Positions 38,461-53,542 of a stretch of 64,000 nt of DNA are shown one piece after another (position 1 is the stretch's first letter; each line of letters starts with the position of its first letter). The stretch is from Octopus vulgaris (taxonomy: Eukaryota). The stretch lies in assembly GCA_951406725.2 (NCBI GenBank), contig OX597830.1, positions 43,958,001-44,022,000 on the forward strand. Direction: 5' to 3'. The translations under genes were made by a program, and so were the position numbers. The notes under the pieces are model-generated. The model searched no databases. It was not told the origin of the DNA and saw only the letters and a program-made list of their open reading frames with translations.

Positions 38461-39225
38461 CTTCAGCTTAACAGTAAATTAATTCTAATATGGAAGATTA
38501 CTGCCCATTTGAGTTGGATTCAAATAATTTGTTTTTATTAAATCAAATGAGCCGAAATTACAATCATAAATCAAAATAAAAAAATTAAAAACAACAGGCT
38601 TTATATTAACATATTCAATGCATTTTTAACATACAAAATGTATCAATATATGTTGGTCTAGTTACAAATATTTCTCAACTTGAACACTTAAGCTCATGAC
38701 CAAACTCGCACAAATATGATCTTGAAGCATACTTTTATATAAATAGATGAGGTAGCTGGAAACTGTATAGAAGCCTGTCATATGTGCATGTGTGTGTTAC
38801 TGTCACCTGCCCTGATTTCGTGCGACAATAGTAAATGAGTGTCACCACTGTAAAAGCAGCATCCTTTGTCTCCAATTTTCAGTGGAAACAGGTTTGGTCA
38901 TGAAGAAATATTACCTTACTTTGAAACAGGTGAGGGTTAGCAACAGGAAAGGAATCCGGTCGTAGAAATACCTTCCTCAGCATATTCCATCCCACTCATG
39001 CAAGTTGGATGTTAAAATGATGATAATGATAACATTTCAAGATGAAGTATATTATGTCTTAGGTAGTGGTGTATATTAAGGCCATCTGGCTCTAAATGCT
39101 AGTAAGTAAATATCTCCAATTTGGTAATCCAGAGATTATATGAGAAAAAAAAAAAAAAATCAAAATCAAATTAATATGAATGATAATAATTGCATAAAAG
39201 TTTAAAGACTGAGCAATAAAATCTT

Positions 39226-39447
39226 GGTTTCAAAATTTGGTACAAGGCTATCAATTTTGAGGGGTGTGGGGGTGGAGATAGTTGATTACATTGACCCCAG
39301 TGCTCAACTGGTACTTATTTTATCAGCCTTGAAAGGATGGAAAGACAAAGTTGACATCAGCGGAATTTGATCTCAGAACGTAAAAATGGATGAAATGCCG
39401 CTAAGCACTACGCCTGATGTGTTAACGAGTCTGCTAGTTCACTGCTT
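39226..39447 (-). mobile_element. SINE family A
   Basis: ggtttcaaaatttggtacaaggc...gaaaggatggaaagacaaagttgac...ctgctagttcactgc. Confidence 0.85.
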
Positions 39448-42400
39448 TACTGAGAAATAAAATACTGAAATAACTTTCGCAGCTTGAATTATATAAATGA
39501 AACACAGACATGAATTTTTTTAGAGTAGACAAATAAGAATATTATTTTAAATACCATTTTAGATGAAATAGAGCATGTGGATGTTGAAGTTAATAGAGCA
39601 CAATGGCTATGTCCACCTTGCTCTAAGTAGGTTCACCATGCTGTAATAGCAGCAGCACTAAAATAAATAAATACCTCATTAGTTCACAGTAGAGAGTCAC
39701 AGAATTTCTGTAGGTCAAGGCAATGAAAAAAACCCCATTCCTAAAGGATTTCTCCCGTGAATGACATGAATACCAAAAAGGTTTTCGGTCGTACTCTTAT
39801 GGCAATAGGGTTAGCTACCACTGACTGAAACAGACCAATTGTGCACTTGTATCTGTGAAAGGGAGAACTTAACCATTTTGATATCAATAAATGACCACAA
39901 ATCTATGAAACTTCTCTTTTTAAAATGCTTTTTTTGTTTTTTGACTGCAGTTTATTACAAATGTAAATTGTTGATATTTAAAGACCTGATACTATTCATT
40001 ATTACAGGTCATTAGTTTGTAGTTCCCATTGTATTCTTATGCAGCTTTTTTTCTATCTATTCACTACCAAGGTTATTCAAAAGCCACCAACTAGTGCTTT
40101 TTTTCTTCTTATCACTGAATAATGTAAAAGTTTTGTTGTAAAAAGACTACTGTGTTAAAATTGTATACACCATATTCAAAATAATTCACATAAGCAGTGT
40201 AGTAAAATAAAGTAAAAGCTTGTCTGAAACAAGTTGACGCCACTGAGGGAACTAATTGTCAGAAGCTCTGCTGCTTAAATGTATAAACTCCTTATTTATT
40301 TCCTCTCACACATTTCGTTTTACTCTATGTGGATATAATACCAGAATTAGAAATTAAGTGGACAAGCATCATATGAATAAGTACTTGCAGAGAACTAGTT
40401 AAAAAAAAAAAATAAAATGAAGATAAAATCCTGCATCTAAGAAAAAAATTCAGTATCCATGGCTAAGATGGGGGTATAGGGATAACAAGGAAAAATAAGC
40501 ACAGTGAATAATCAATGTGAATTGCTAGTGTTAAGAACTGAATGGGTAACACACATCAGTTACTATATATCAATACACACACACACACTTAAATATACAA
40601 CAATACAACATTCATGTAATGTTAAAAATTCTCATTACCCTAATTTCTATGCAAAAATAGTCCTGGCTGACCACACAAAGTCAGTCTTAAATGTATAAAA
40701 TAAACTACAATATCCTTTAGTGTAAATCATATATTTCTTAAAGGGAAATTTAATGGAACATCCATCCACACACACACACACACACACACACGTACGTGCG
40801 GATGTAGGCAGAAAAAAAATAGAGTCTCAATAGTGCCAACACATGAAACTCTTGGACCTTAGGTCACTTAATTCTGCTAAATATTAATAAATATTATATA
40901 TATGGTATTACTTCTGGCAAAGCAATTTTATTGATCTTATGGCCCTTGAAGGGTCATAATGTTAAAATACTGCTCATACGTACGAGCTCAATCCAGCCAC
41001 ATGCTTTTAATTCTATTACAACAATCAACCTTTCAGCATATCCAGACAATTCATATGCATATTGATCATATTATGACCTGCACCAATTTAGAAGTAAGAG
41101 CGGCCAACAAACATTGATTCAGCCTTCAGAGGGGAAATGCAAACATACAACTTAATAATAAATAGATTGACAAACATTGCTAACTAATCCGCACTTGCAA
41201 GTACTAAACAGCTTCAATGTTCATTTTACTTTCAGCATTACTCATAAAAGTCAATTCATTTAAACAACGGCTCCTGAAGTAATATAAACATCAGTAATCA
41301 GATTTGAAGATATTTATTTCTAAGAGACAAATAACCACTGCAACAATAATAACTATTTTAAATCCAATTTAATACCTAACTTTCAGAGCAAATAATTAGA
41401 TCTGAGAGAGAGATTTAAAAGAATGAAATGAAATGTAAAATTATGTAAGGTAATTAGTTCATTTTGTAGCTAAGGTAACCAACTTAATTTTATTTTCATT
41501 TAGTTTTAAAACTGTATAAAATGGTCCATCTATTTTAAAATGATTTAAAATAATATAATTCAACAAGCATAAAGGAAATGGTGTTTTAGAGCAGCTCATA
41601 AAAAGGTCACCACAAATTAACTTGTACTGGCTGAGGAAGTTAATCACTTGTATTATCAGAAGTTGACACTAAACAGGAAAAACAAGACATTTAGCAATGA
41701 TATAATGAGCTTGAGTAATTATTATTCATAATTTTTACACACACATACACAAATACATATGCACATATACATACACATATATACATACATACACACTTTT
41801 ACAGGAACTTAAATGATTGTGAAAAATATAGTAAATGTCTAATATGGGAGGAGATAAAGAATAGTTTATAAAATATTTATCTTTTGCAAAAAATAAAATA
41901 AAATGGAAGACTACTATAATATAAAATACCAAACTTTATTTAAAACTTTGCTTATCAACATTAAATTAAATATAAATGTTGCAAGCTGTAAGTTACAGCT
42001 TTCTTCTATGGGCTCTTGCTTGTATAAAGTCAAAGCACCTGTCAACTTGTGTCATCAAGATAACACACACACATACATTATATATGTGTGTGTGTGTGTA
42101 TGTATATATATATATATATATATATGGCTGTGATAAATTTGCTTATCATATTTCTGAAATGGCTTCCTAGCCCTTTTCTATTCAATGCTGGAATAGTGAA
42201 TCCTAAAAGCTGCTGTTTCACAACGCAAATAGCTCCAAGTTGTTATATTCAATATATCAGTCATCAGTCTTTGAATTGTTCAGAAGGCTGATAGAATTCT
42301 TCCACATTATCAATAAACAATCATAAGAACCCCCCCCCCCAAAAAAAAAGTTTCACTGTACACATATCAAAATCTAGCTAAAATTAACATGTTTGATAAT

Positions 42401-45056
42401 TAAATAACACATGTAGAAGGGAATCATCTTCATTATGTTCCCCATTATTCGATTTAAAAGCAAGACCAATTCTACAAATAGGTTTTTCGAAACCAAAAGA
42501 TCAAATGGAAGACTCAGGAACATAGCATTCTAACACACATTTACTTCATACCATTATTTGCAGTACCACTTTTATATATATTTCTCATCTATAATACGTT
42601 GTTTCCTGTTAACATCAATTTGATCATTCTAATACTGATGTAATATATAAATATAAAGCCGAAGATTTATAGAGGCAAATACACACACACACACACACAA
42701 AATATGAATGCCTGTAATTTTTTTGAGGAGACAAACATGAAATAAAGTTTGACATCATTACATCACTGGTTATCTCATTCTTCCATTCCCCTTTGTTTAA
42801 GGCACTTTTGAGGTGTATCTTAGTTGTCCCCTTTGCTGAGGGTACTATTTCACTACAAGAACAGAATAAAGCTAAAATCTGTATATCTATATCATAATAA
42901 AGAAAGCCGCTAATTAATTAGCAAGAATTATGTAACTTTTTCAAAAAAATAATTATCAAAAGACTACCATGTCCAGAAAGGCCGTATAAATACCAATTTT
43001 AATATACTTTTATCAAAATGAGTTTTTAAAGAAGACTTTATTAATGATGGATTAAAGTATGTATATGTATCTGTGTGTGTGTATATATATATATATATTT
43101 CATAATAAAGACTTTAATTCTTGATATAAAATGAAAAATGATAACTTAATGCAGATGAGGTTACGAGTAGTATATCAAAGATTAAAAGCTGTTAGAGGTC
43201 TCTTTCCTACAACTGTATATTCAATACTATCTAGAAGGACTTTTACACCATTTGAAGAATCAAATGTTACAAACAAAATACAATTACAAAATAAAAATTA
43301 TATTTTTCATGGTTCTTTCTCAATGTCCAGCCAGCTTACAGTTTTCAAAATAACTGGAATTTCCACAGGAATTGCTAGTGGTGGTAGGAATGCTTGGAAT
43401 CTTGTTGATGCAGAATTAGTTGAAATTTCTATATTAAACATTGCATCCAGTTTCAATAAAAACTTCAGATGAGCTGATGTATTAAGAGATATTTAAATAT
43501 TGAAATTTAACCGTACAAAATTGAAACCAACACAGTTTCTATGCTCAATCCATGCCAAAATATTTGTAAACATTTGTATGAATTGCAGGATTATAGCAAG
43601 TGAATGCCTTTCCAAAAGCATCATGTAACTGTTTTCAATTTAGACTGCCCAAAGCATTGAGCTATATATTTTGTCCAAGAGAATATGGATTAATGAGAGT
43701 TTCAATTTAAAATCTTGAACAACCTTCATTAAATGTTTCTTTTTATATAACAAAGACAGAAAATCATCAATGTCCATTTTCCATGTTGATATGATTTCTA
43801 CAGCTGTATGACCTCCCTAACACTCACCACTTTACAGAGTACAATGGGTGCATTTTACATGGCAACAGTACAAGTGCTTTTTATATGGAACCAACACAGG
43901 CATGTTTTACATTGGTACCAGCACAGGTGCAACTGTTATTTATGATGTCAAGGCAAAAAGAATATTTTTCTTTTGATGAATATTATTAGCACTGCATGAA
44001 AAAGCTTTAGTGGTTGTTATGATATAATGTAGAAATATTCTTTCAATAGAGTCATCCTTTCCATAAGAATACACTAATGTTCTTGAAAATCAGAGCCAAG
44101 AAATAAAGAAAAAAGAAAAATTATAAAAACCAATCAAAACAAACATCTAGTTTTGCATTATTTTTCAATGTATGCATCAAAACATTTTCTTTTGGAATTA
44201 AGCCTAATTATATGATCAACTTTAACAATAAATAATGGTGTGGATGAAATTGATATACTATTCTCAATTCAAAGTAATTACAATAGGCACTAATATAAAA
44301 TAGTTATGACCCCATTCAAGTAAAGTAAAGCCTACTTCTAAAATGGCTTATTAGTCATAGAATTTATTTTAGGTATTTGAGAGGATGAACATCCCGTTGA
44401 AGTAGAGACAAAAAAAAGAAAAAAACTGTAATTATTGACTAAACAAAGCAGAATGGTTAGGAATACGAGTTTTTGAAGTTAAAATGAATGCTAGAATCTG
44501 CGCTATATAACAAAAACCTTTATTCTCTTGCTAATATTTGATAACAAGTTATCAATGACTGTCACATGTATGAAGACTTTAATGTTAGTGTTGAAGCAAA
44601 CACTGATATTATAGTAACTAAGTGGTAATTGCATGAAGAAATCACAACAGCATTATGGTTTTCAGATGAAGCTATTTCTGTTCATTTAGACAACTAATGT
44701 CATTGAGAAAGCCATGGGAATCATAGCTTGGCAGCATCTACTAAAAGTAAAAGGTTTTTGTAACTAACAGAAATAGTTGTAGTATCCTGCTCAATACTAC
44801 CTCCAGTGTTCAAAACGTTATTCTAAACTTCAAGCAACAACACTTGAAGAATTTGGTTACAAAGATATTTCAATGATTTCTTTAATTTTGTATGTAAACA
44901 AGAGACTAACTTAACTATCAGGAATCAATGGGGGGAATTAAAATCAACAGCAGATCCATCATGTCTGTATGTGTATTTTGATAATGAGCATTTGCTTGTT
45001 CAATCAAATGGACCATCTACTTAATATGTACGCAGCTGACTATTTCCAGATATCAG

Positions 45057-45420
45057 TGCAGGCATGACTGTGCTAAGAAGTTTACTTCTGAACCACTGTA
45101 GTGCCTTGGGTGTCTTCTACTATAGCCTTGGGCTGACCAAAACCACGTGAGTGGATTTGGTAGATAGAAACTGAAAGAAGCCCATCATATGCATATGCTT
45201 CCTTGCTTTGATATTGTGTGCCAGTTGTAAAGTGTCATCATCATGCAAGCAATGTCGGTTTCCAATTTTTCGTGTAAACATGTCTAGTCACAGGGAATTA
45301 TTACCTTACTTGAGGAACTAGTGAGGATTGGTGAATCCAGCCATAAAAAAGCCATACCCACAAATTCTGTCTGACCCATACAAGCATGGAAAAGTGGATG
45401 TTAAAATGATGATGATGGTG
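45057..45420 (+). mobile_element. SINE family B variant with an alternative 3' tail
   Basis: Family B head joined to a ttaccttacttg...catggaaaagtggatgttaaaatgatgatg tail. Confidence 0.8.
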
Positions 45421-46094
45421 TATCCTTAATGTAATCCCCCAAGTTGAATCTATATAACAATATACGATAGAGCTGAATGAATTATAGACACAATCCATCT
45501 GACAAACTTCCATAGAAATTCTGCCAAACCAAACAAGGCTGGTGTTAAACCTTAGGCTGAGACAAAAGTCATTTGTCTGAGGCACCACCCAGCAGGATTG
45601 AAACTAGGACCTTATGATTGTAAAGAGAACTTAACCATTTGGCCAGGCCTGTAATCACACACACACAAAATTTGTTAAGATTCTAGGAAATATCTTAAAG
45701 TCTAAAATCTGCAATGTTAATAGGTTACACAAAAGAAAATGTAGAATTGCTTTTAACATGGAACAAAGCTCTTCCAGTCAGAGAATGTATGGAGGACCAT
45801 ACTAAGTTAATCATACAAGAATGTATTTCACCCTCAAATATGGGATTATGACAACTTCTGATGAAAATATTGAATTCTGATAACTGAAGGATTTAGATTT
45901 CAACCTAGTTAGATCTTATTCAGATTCTGTGCTGTCAGAAACACCCTTGCTCTCTCAGTATCAGGGTTATATTATATTTCTGGGTGGTGTACAGTTATCA
46001 AGAAGTATCAGAAAAATTATGGAACAAACCAAAAAAAAAAAATTATACGCATTTAATTCTATAGAAGTATATTTATCCTTGCTAGACAGGTATA

Positions 46095-46303
46095 CAGTAA
46101 TCCCTTACCATATCGTGGTTCACCTATCACAGTTTATTTAAGCTTACGTCATTTCCTCCATGGTGTTGTGTTGCATTTATAATAAAATATATACAAATTA
46201 TAAAAACAAAAAAAATATACAGTAGTGTTTCTACTTTGTGGATTTTCACCCATCGTGGGTTTTTTAAAAAAATATAACACCCACGATAGTTGAGGGATTA
46301 CTG
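46095..46303. mobile_element. pogo/Tigger-like MITE
   Basis: TA-cagtaatccct...gagggattactg-TA. Confidence 0.85.
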
Positions 46304-47109
46304 TATGTTATTCTTTCTGTACTTATGTTGAATAGGATCAAACCAAATTGCAACAAAGGTTCTTTGGCTGTCTGACCAGCTTGCTCTTTCTGGGATTTAT
46401 ACTCCCTGAATTATTTTAGTGTACAATTCAGTATTATTCTTATAAAGATTTCAGCCAGTGAAGCACATGAGCTTTGATCTTTTGATTATAGAGTCAGTTT
46501 ATGCTATCAAGAACAATCACACAATGAATGCACATACCTAAAAAACATGTACAGTACGTTTGTGCATATGAGAGAGAGAGAGAGAGAAAGAGAGAGATAG
46601 AGATAGAGAGAAGATTTTTTTCAACAAAAATAACTATTTGACTAGTGAAACTAGGACAACCTTTCAAACTTTACTGATATGTTTTCTTGTTCACTTTGTA
46701 TTTTCAGCAGCATGTTTACATGTGAAATATCTTGTTTTTGTTACACGTTTTTCCCTTCATACAAATTTAAGGCTTGCACAGCAAGAGAGTTACTTGCAGT
46801 TGAGTAGTTCAGATGTCACAGTTTGTCAACAAAAAGGTCAAAGACTTCTATAACAGACACTGGCACTGCATGGCACCCCCAACAAAGACCTTGGTGTGCT
46901 CAAACTACTTAGCTATATATAATTAGATATTATTCTTTTATTCTTTTACTTGTTTCAGTCATTTGAATGTGGCCATGCTGGAGGAACAACTAACTAGTGT
47001 TTTGACTTGTAAGAAATAACAGCCAAATATCCATCAATCTTTAAAAAGGAAACATGCATCCAGAATGATGTGGTCTTCCATCCATCCATCTTCTCTATCC
47101 ACTATTCTT

Positions 47110-47640
47110 AGGTGGGTCATGGGTGGACTGTCCTCCATATGGTCCAAACAGAAGCAATCACCATTAAACTTTTTGGCTGGATTCTGAAGCATGACCAACT
47201 AAGACAATGGATATTATCTAACCATTCCATTCTTGGTCTACTCCTAGGTCCCCTGCCAGATGGCTTAGCATCAAAATCCCTGTCTTGCAATTCCTTCCTG
47301 TGGCATTCTGATTGTCTGTGGTACCAAAGCTGTGACTTCTCAATCTGGAGAAATGGCTCAAACTGGAGATATTCTCTGATCTATGCTCCCAGTCAAGTAA
47401 CATTTCACCCGAAATCCTTCAGATGAATCTCAGTTCAGTTGCTTGTGTTCATGACAATCTTTTAGTCATTACCCAACATTCAGAGCCAGCACTTGCAGTT
47501 CTATCATCCAATTCAGACTTCTGCATTCCATCACTCATGAACACAACCCCTCGAGTTACTTCAACTTCTCCACTTGTCTCAGTGATGTTCTAACATGCAG
47601 AGGACCAATGTTTCAGTCTTTGCAACATGGTCTTGGATAC
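47110..47640 (-). mobile_element. RTE-type LINE relic
   Basis: Minus-strand peptide fragments LQIEKSQL.WY, IRMPQE and AKPSGRGPRSRPRMEWLDNI. Confidence 0.7.
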
Positions 47641-49004
47641 ATTATATCTTAAATGAAAACAAATATTTTGGTAAGTTTCTGTAAAGTGTCTCCACCCCTA
47701 AACAGGAAGCTCTTCATCAATCCCACGAAAACGAGGGTATGCTCTATGACACTTCACTACATATTTAACTCCTCTTGAAAATGTGGTGAGAGAGTATGGT
47801 GAAAGAAACTTTTTTATGAAATCCAGCTCAATCATAACAGCATTAGGCAATCAATGTCCATTTTGCTATTACTCTAGCTACACATGTAGTCTGTTGCTTA
47901 CAAGTGGATGCTTATTTAGAACTGACAAAACTAGTCACGACATTATTTTGAGGCCTAGCTTAGTTTACAAACACCTGCCGCATTATGTGGAACCTCTACT
48001 TTTCATACCTCACTTAACAAACTTATTCTTCCTGGTCTTATTGTACTCGGTCTAAATTTACAACTAATTTTGAAGGCAAAGGGTACATTCAACAAAAAAT
48101 GAATTGATTTCATATTCTGAACGACCAGTTTATTTCATTTTCTATGGGTAGGTCGTTATTTCTACCACACAAGCAAATAAGCCAGTCAATAATCTTTTAT
48201 TTGTTTTAGTCATTAGACTGTGGCCACACTGGGACACAACCTTTGTGTATATACATATATACATGTTTGTCCTCCCACCATTGCTTGACAACCAATGTTG
48301 GTGTGTTTATGTCCCTGTAACTTAGTGCTTTGGCAAAAGAAACTGATAGAATAAGTGCTAGGCTTACAAGGAATACATCCTGGGGTCACTTTGTTCAACT
48401 AAAGGTGGTGCTCCAGCATGGCTACAGTCAAATGCCTGAAACAAAAGTATATATATACACACAAACACACACTATGTGCTTCTTTCAGGTTCCGCCTACC
48501 AAATCCACTCACAAGGCTTTGGTTGGCCCAAGGCAATAGTAGAAGACACTTGCCTAAAGTGTCACACAGTAGACTGAACCCGGAACCATGTTGTTAAGCA
48601 AGCTTCTTGAGTGCTAAACGACAAGGTTATTATCTTCACAGAACTCCAGCAGCTTCAAATCCACCCTGTACACTTCAAAGCATTTTGGTGTATTTTTCCT
48701 GGTGCCATTGAAGTGATTAGCTATTCTTATGACCCCCCACCCCAGCAATCATCTATTTTCGGCATGTTTCTTACAACTATTTTGTAAATCCGATTCTATT
48801 GTTTTGATACTAATTCCTCTTGGAAGTCACATGTGCAGATTAGAGCAGGTGTTATGCCGCCAACCAATAACCTATGAGCCAACGAAAGAGAGCCTTTACA
48901 CGAGACAGCTCTAGTGGTTAGAAACAGTAAGCCACACTTTTCCCAAAACATAACTTATTGGCAATTAAAACACATATAAAGCAAATACATTGGATAATGT
49001 AGCT

Positions 49005-49474
49005 CAGTGATTTTCAACTGGGGTCCATATGACCTTTGGGGGTCAACAGAAGATTTTGTTGCTAAAATTTATGTGCAATAAGCTGGCTATACTTCTACAA
49101 TAAAAAAAAATCATTGAAATATTTTGTGCAATACAATTCCTAATAATATTTAACCCTTTTGTTACCAACCTGGCTGAAACCAGCTTTGACTGTAATACAA
49201 ATGTCTTGTTTTCATAAGTTTTGAATTAAAATCTTCAACCAAACCTTAGTCACAATTTATGAATAATAGCTAAGTTATCTTACTGAATTCTTTGTTATAT
49301 TTAAAGTAACTGAAAGAAACAAAGAGCATCTCAACAAAAATACAGTAACGAAAGGGTTAATTATAAAAATATAAGGGAATTTTTTAAACATTGAATAACT
49401 ATGAGAGACCAACTGAGGGACCAACCGAGCAATTAAAGTGGGGTCTGTAAGTAAAACATGGTTGAGAACTGCTG
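49005..49474. mobile_element. hAT-like MITE containing a piggyBac-like MITE (49150-49360)
   Basis: Outer ends cagtgattttcaac / gttgagaactgctg; inner element TTAA-cccttttgttac...gtaacgaaaggg-TTAA. Confidence 0.8.
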
Positions 49475-50026
49475 ACATAGCCTGAGGTAAAATATATCTT
49501 TTCAGACGAAATGGTTATGTTCAGAATGCATTTGTTGATCATGAGTTTGCTTGATAAAGGCTGACCTAGAGCTAAACAACAACAACAAACAACAACAAGC
49601 AACAACTTAAACAATATTCTATCAATAACTCCACTCAATTCGCATTGGTTATACTTATCTATCTTCCAAAGAGTTTCAATCACCAGATTTAAACAGCCTA
49701 ACTTATCTCCAAGAAATTTATGAATATCCCTTTCCCATAATCAGTCCAGTCAATACATCTCTCAAACTGGATAGTAACATGCCAGTTTGAAAATATTTAT
49801 ATTAGTTCTATCTTTAACTGTCCCTATGTATTTTGTATTAACGAATGGAATACAAAATCAATAAGCTACAAAAGAATAGAGAAAGGGTGGTTCATTGATC
49901 AGAGACGAGAAAGAGTAGACCTAATAGCATTCCTCTCTTAAATTACAACAAATACAACTCATATTTGTTTATGCTAACTCGTGTCTAGTTTTATCCTCTT
50001 TCAACCATGAAAACATATTTTTGAAA

Positions 50027-50069
<43 letters not shown>

Positions 50070-50134
50070 AATTTTAAAAAATTGAAAATTTTGCCTCCAA
50101 CCTATGAAGAAAAAAAAAAAGTATTAACAATCTT

Positions 50135-50500
50135 AATTTTTACTTGTTTTAGTCATCAGACTGCAGTCATGCTAGGGCAGCACTGCCTTGAAGAATTTTG
50201 GTCGTATAAATTGACCCCTATCTGGTACTTATTTGACTGGTCTCTTAAGTTACGGGGATGTAAACATAAGTGGTGGTGGGAGAGACACACACACAAATAT
50301 ATATATGCTCATGCACACATACATGCACACCCACACACAACAGGCTACTTTCAGTTTCCACCTACCAAATCCATTCACAAGGCTTTGATTGGCTTGAGGC
50401 TATAACAGAAGACACTTGCTTAGGGTTCCATGCAATGAGCCTGAACCTAGAACCATATGACTGAGAAGCAAGCTTTTTACCAAACAGCCACAACTATGCC
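50135..50500 (-). mobile_element. SINE family B
   Basis: tttttacttgttttagtcatcagactgc...accaaacagccacaactatgcc. Confidence 0.8.
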
Positions 50501-52554
50501 TAACAAGGACATAAAAAATTACACAATATCCTTTTGAAATATATTCCTTATTAAAAATGTAAACTTGGGTGTATATATGTAAGGTTTGGAAGAGGACTAT
50601 AATGAATGTAGAGGTTGTTTAGTTTCAGTCAGGCCTGATCAAGGAGACATCATTCCAACTGCTCTATCTTTTATTCAGACATTATGTATCTAAGCCTACA
50701 TTTTCCAATGGATCCTTCTTTGCTAAGATGGTAGTATGTGATTTAAGACTTAAAGAAGATCCAGCTAGCATTTCTAGCAGAGCAAGAAACTGAAAATATT
50801 TTGCTGGCTTCATTTCTCCACACTTATCTGAAGGTGATTAAACTGCCATGAAGAATAGCAGTAAAGGATAATTAGCATAAAAGAGATAAGACCAAAAACT
50901 GAGAATGAGAGAGGACAAATGTGTGTTACTGGACAATTGTGTTTGTAGGTCATTATGCATGAGCCTACAAAACTATAGCAGGAAAAAACCCACAACTCTT
51001 GTAGGACTTTGCAACAACCACACAAAATTAATATTTCCAAATTTAAAACTGTAATATGAAGTTTAAATTTGAAAAACTGAAATTTATTAAATTAAAAATC
51101 AAAATTCTAGCTGCATCGCTATGAAAATTTATCAAAAATAAATAGTATCTGTGTTTGTCCCCTTTCCCCCTACCACTTGAGAACCGGTGTTGGTGTGTTT
51201 ATGCCCCTGTACCTTAGTGTTTCAGCAAAAGGGGCTGAGAGGAATAAGTACCAGGTTTAAAAAGAAAAACTAAGTAGTAAGATTGAATCATACAAATAAA
51301 AATTCTCCGTGGCAGTGCCCCAGCATGACCACAGTCAATGACTGAAAAAAGTAGAACATAAATGTCCTACATATAGATATATAAATAGCTAAATAAACAA
51401 GCTTTAAAATGCAGAGAATGCATTTAATATTTAAAAATCCTAAAACCTACTATGATCGTATATAAAGTAAATGGAACATGGTAAACAGAAATAGAATATC
51501 AGGTAAGTAGTTTAGTAGCAGCTGAGAGAAAGAACTTAAAGATTTCTTAAGCCAAATACCACGAGTAGTGTGTTTAGTTGCATATGCACAAACTATAACA
51601 TTGTATAATAGATTTTGAGACGGAGATATACAAACTCCTATTCAGATACAGAACATGAGAAACTAAAAAAATTTTTTAATCATATTTATAAAAATTGCTG
51701 TACATTTGATAGAACTGGATGTCTTCTGTAAACAGTTCAACCATATTTGAAAAGATGGGAATTTGTAAACTAGAGTCTCCAAGAAGTAATTTTTTTTTTT
51801 TGCAGTCAGATTAAAAATAGACTTTACTCCTGTAACTCTACTATAGATAGCAATAGTATCAAAGCCAACAGACATTTATGAAAACAATTTTTTCTGGTTG
51901 GGAAATTATTATCACACACATAATGTTGAGATTATAATCATCAGTTATCAACTGATATACATTTCTAACCAAATATAACCATTAAAAAATTTCATCAGGA
52001 ATACATAAAATAAATAAAAACAAAAGCATTTGTTTACATATGTTTATCAGATGATGTGTGTATATATCTATTGATAGCAGTTGTCAAAAACTGAGAGAAA
52101 ACATAAGATTCTAAATTTCAGGATAAAAAATAAAATAAAAATAAACTAGCTGTGCCAGGAAACATGTAGGAAAAAATCATCGATAACTCAGTAGACATTG
52201 CTATTATTTTGGCTGGCTAAGCATAATACACCAACAATTGCAGTCTAAAAGTAGCTCTAGTAGATTATTAGTAAGTAGTAGAAATGGTAGAATGTGAGAA
52301 AATTAGTGTTCTGCATCAACAAAAAAAGAATACAAATAGTTCAAACGGTGGAATAAATTTTATGCTGAGAGGAAAAAGTCTAATGTTCCAGTCAGTTCGT
52401 TACTTATCTATAGAGATTCTTTCTTAACTAGAATGGAGTTTTTTTTTTCTGAAATATCAATGATGATGTAAATATGAATGTATTATATTTATAGAGAAAT
52501 ATATAAATGTATAAATAAATAAATATATATATATACACATACACACACACTTTT

Positions 52555-52918
52555 TGTTCTTTTACTCATTTCTGTCATTTTGACTGTGGCCATGCTGGAG
52601 CACTGCCTTGAAGGTTTTTTTTTTTTTTAAAGTCAAAGAAATTAACACCTGGTATTTATTGTATTGGTCACTTTTGCTGAAACGCTAAGTTACAGGGATG
52701 TAAACACACCAATATTGGTTGTCAAGTGATGGTAGGACTTCAGACACAAAGACACACACAATATATATACACACAGAAACACACAAAATGCTTCTTTCAG
52801 TTTCCATCTACCAAATCCACTCAAGGCTTCGGCTGGCCTGAGGCTATAGTAGAAGATACTTGCTGAAGCTACTATGCAGTAGGACTGAACCTGGAACCAT
52901 GTGATTGGGAAGCAAGCT

Positions 52919-52920
<2 letters not shown>
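52555..52920 (-). mobile_element. SINE family B
   Basis: gactgtggccatgctggagcactgcc...gggaagcaagc. Confidence 0.85.
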
Positions 52921-52963
<43 letters not shown>

Positions 52964-53234
52964 AGGGAGCTAGGGCAAAAATGTTTATAGCATGCTCACT
53001 ATTTGATAAATATTATAACGTGATTTTTATCGTTATATTCTTTTATGAATTAATAATTATATATATATATATATCATCATCATCATCGTTTAATGTCCGT
53101 TTTCCGCGCTAGCACGGGTTGGACGGTCTAAAGCTAATATTTATATAATTATTTCGTTTTGGGATTTGGTTTGCAAGATTCTTTATATGAGTTCGTGTGT
53201 TGAAGCATATTCTGTTGTGTCTGGGGAAAGTCAT

Positions 53235-53485
53235 TAAATTTATGGCATATATATATACATATATACACTGTTGTGTATGGGGAGAGTCATTTTCTTTTTG
53301 TGCCTTATAATGTAAACAACACTCACCGGTAAAATTTCCAGTTATTTCTTATTTTTATTTTCCTAAAATTTTCATTGCGTCTTGCAACCTTTTCAATAGT
53401 CTTGACTAAGTGGAAATTTTACCGGTGAGTGTTGTTTACATTATAAGGCAGAAAAAGAAAATGACTCTCCCCATACACAACAGTG

Positions 53486-53533
<48 letters not shown>

Positions 53534-53542
53534 ATAAATTTA
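53235..53542. repeat. Long inverted repeat (hairpin), possibly Penelope-derived
   Basis: Core arms 53264-53344 and 53407-53487 are complementary with 2 mismatches, and pairing extends through (TA)n to taaatttatggc/gccataaattta. Confidence 0.9.

Noticed and set aside
43131-43472. 113-aa ORF and an open antisense frame
   Set aside because: No recognisable domain and no consistent splice signals on either strand.
50032-50066. Long poly(A) run as a processed-pseudogene tail
   Set aside because: There is no adjacent mRNA-like body or TSD; homopolymers are common throughout the window.
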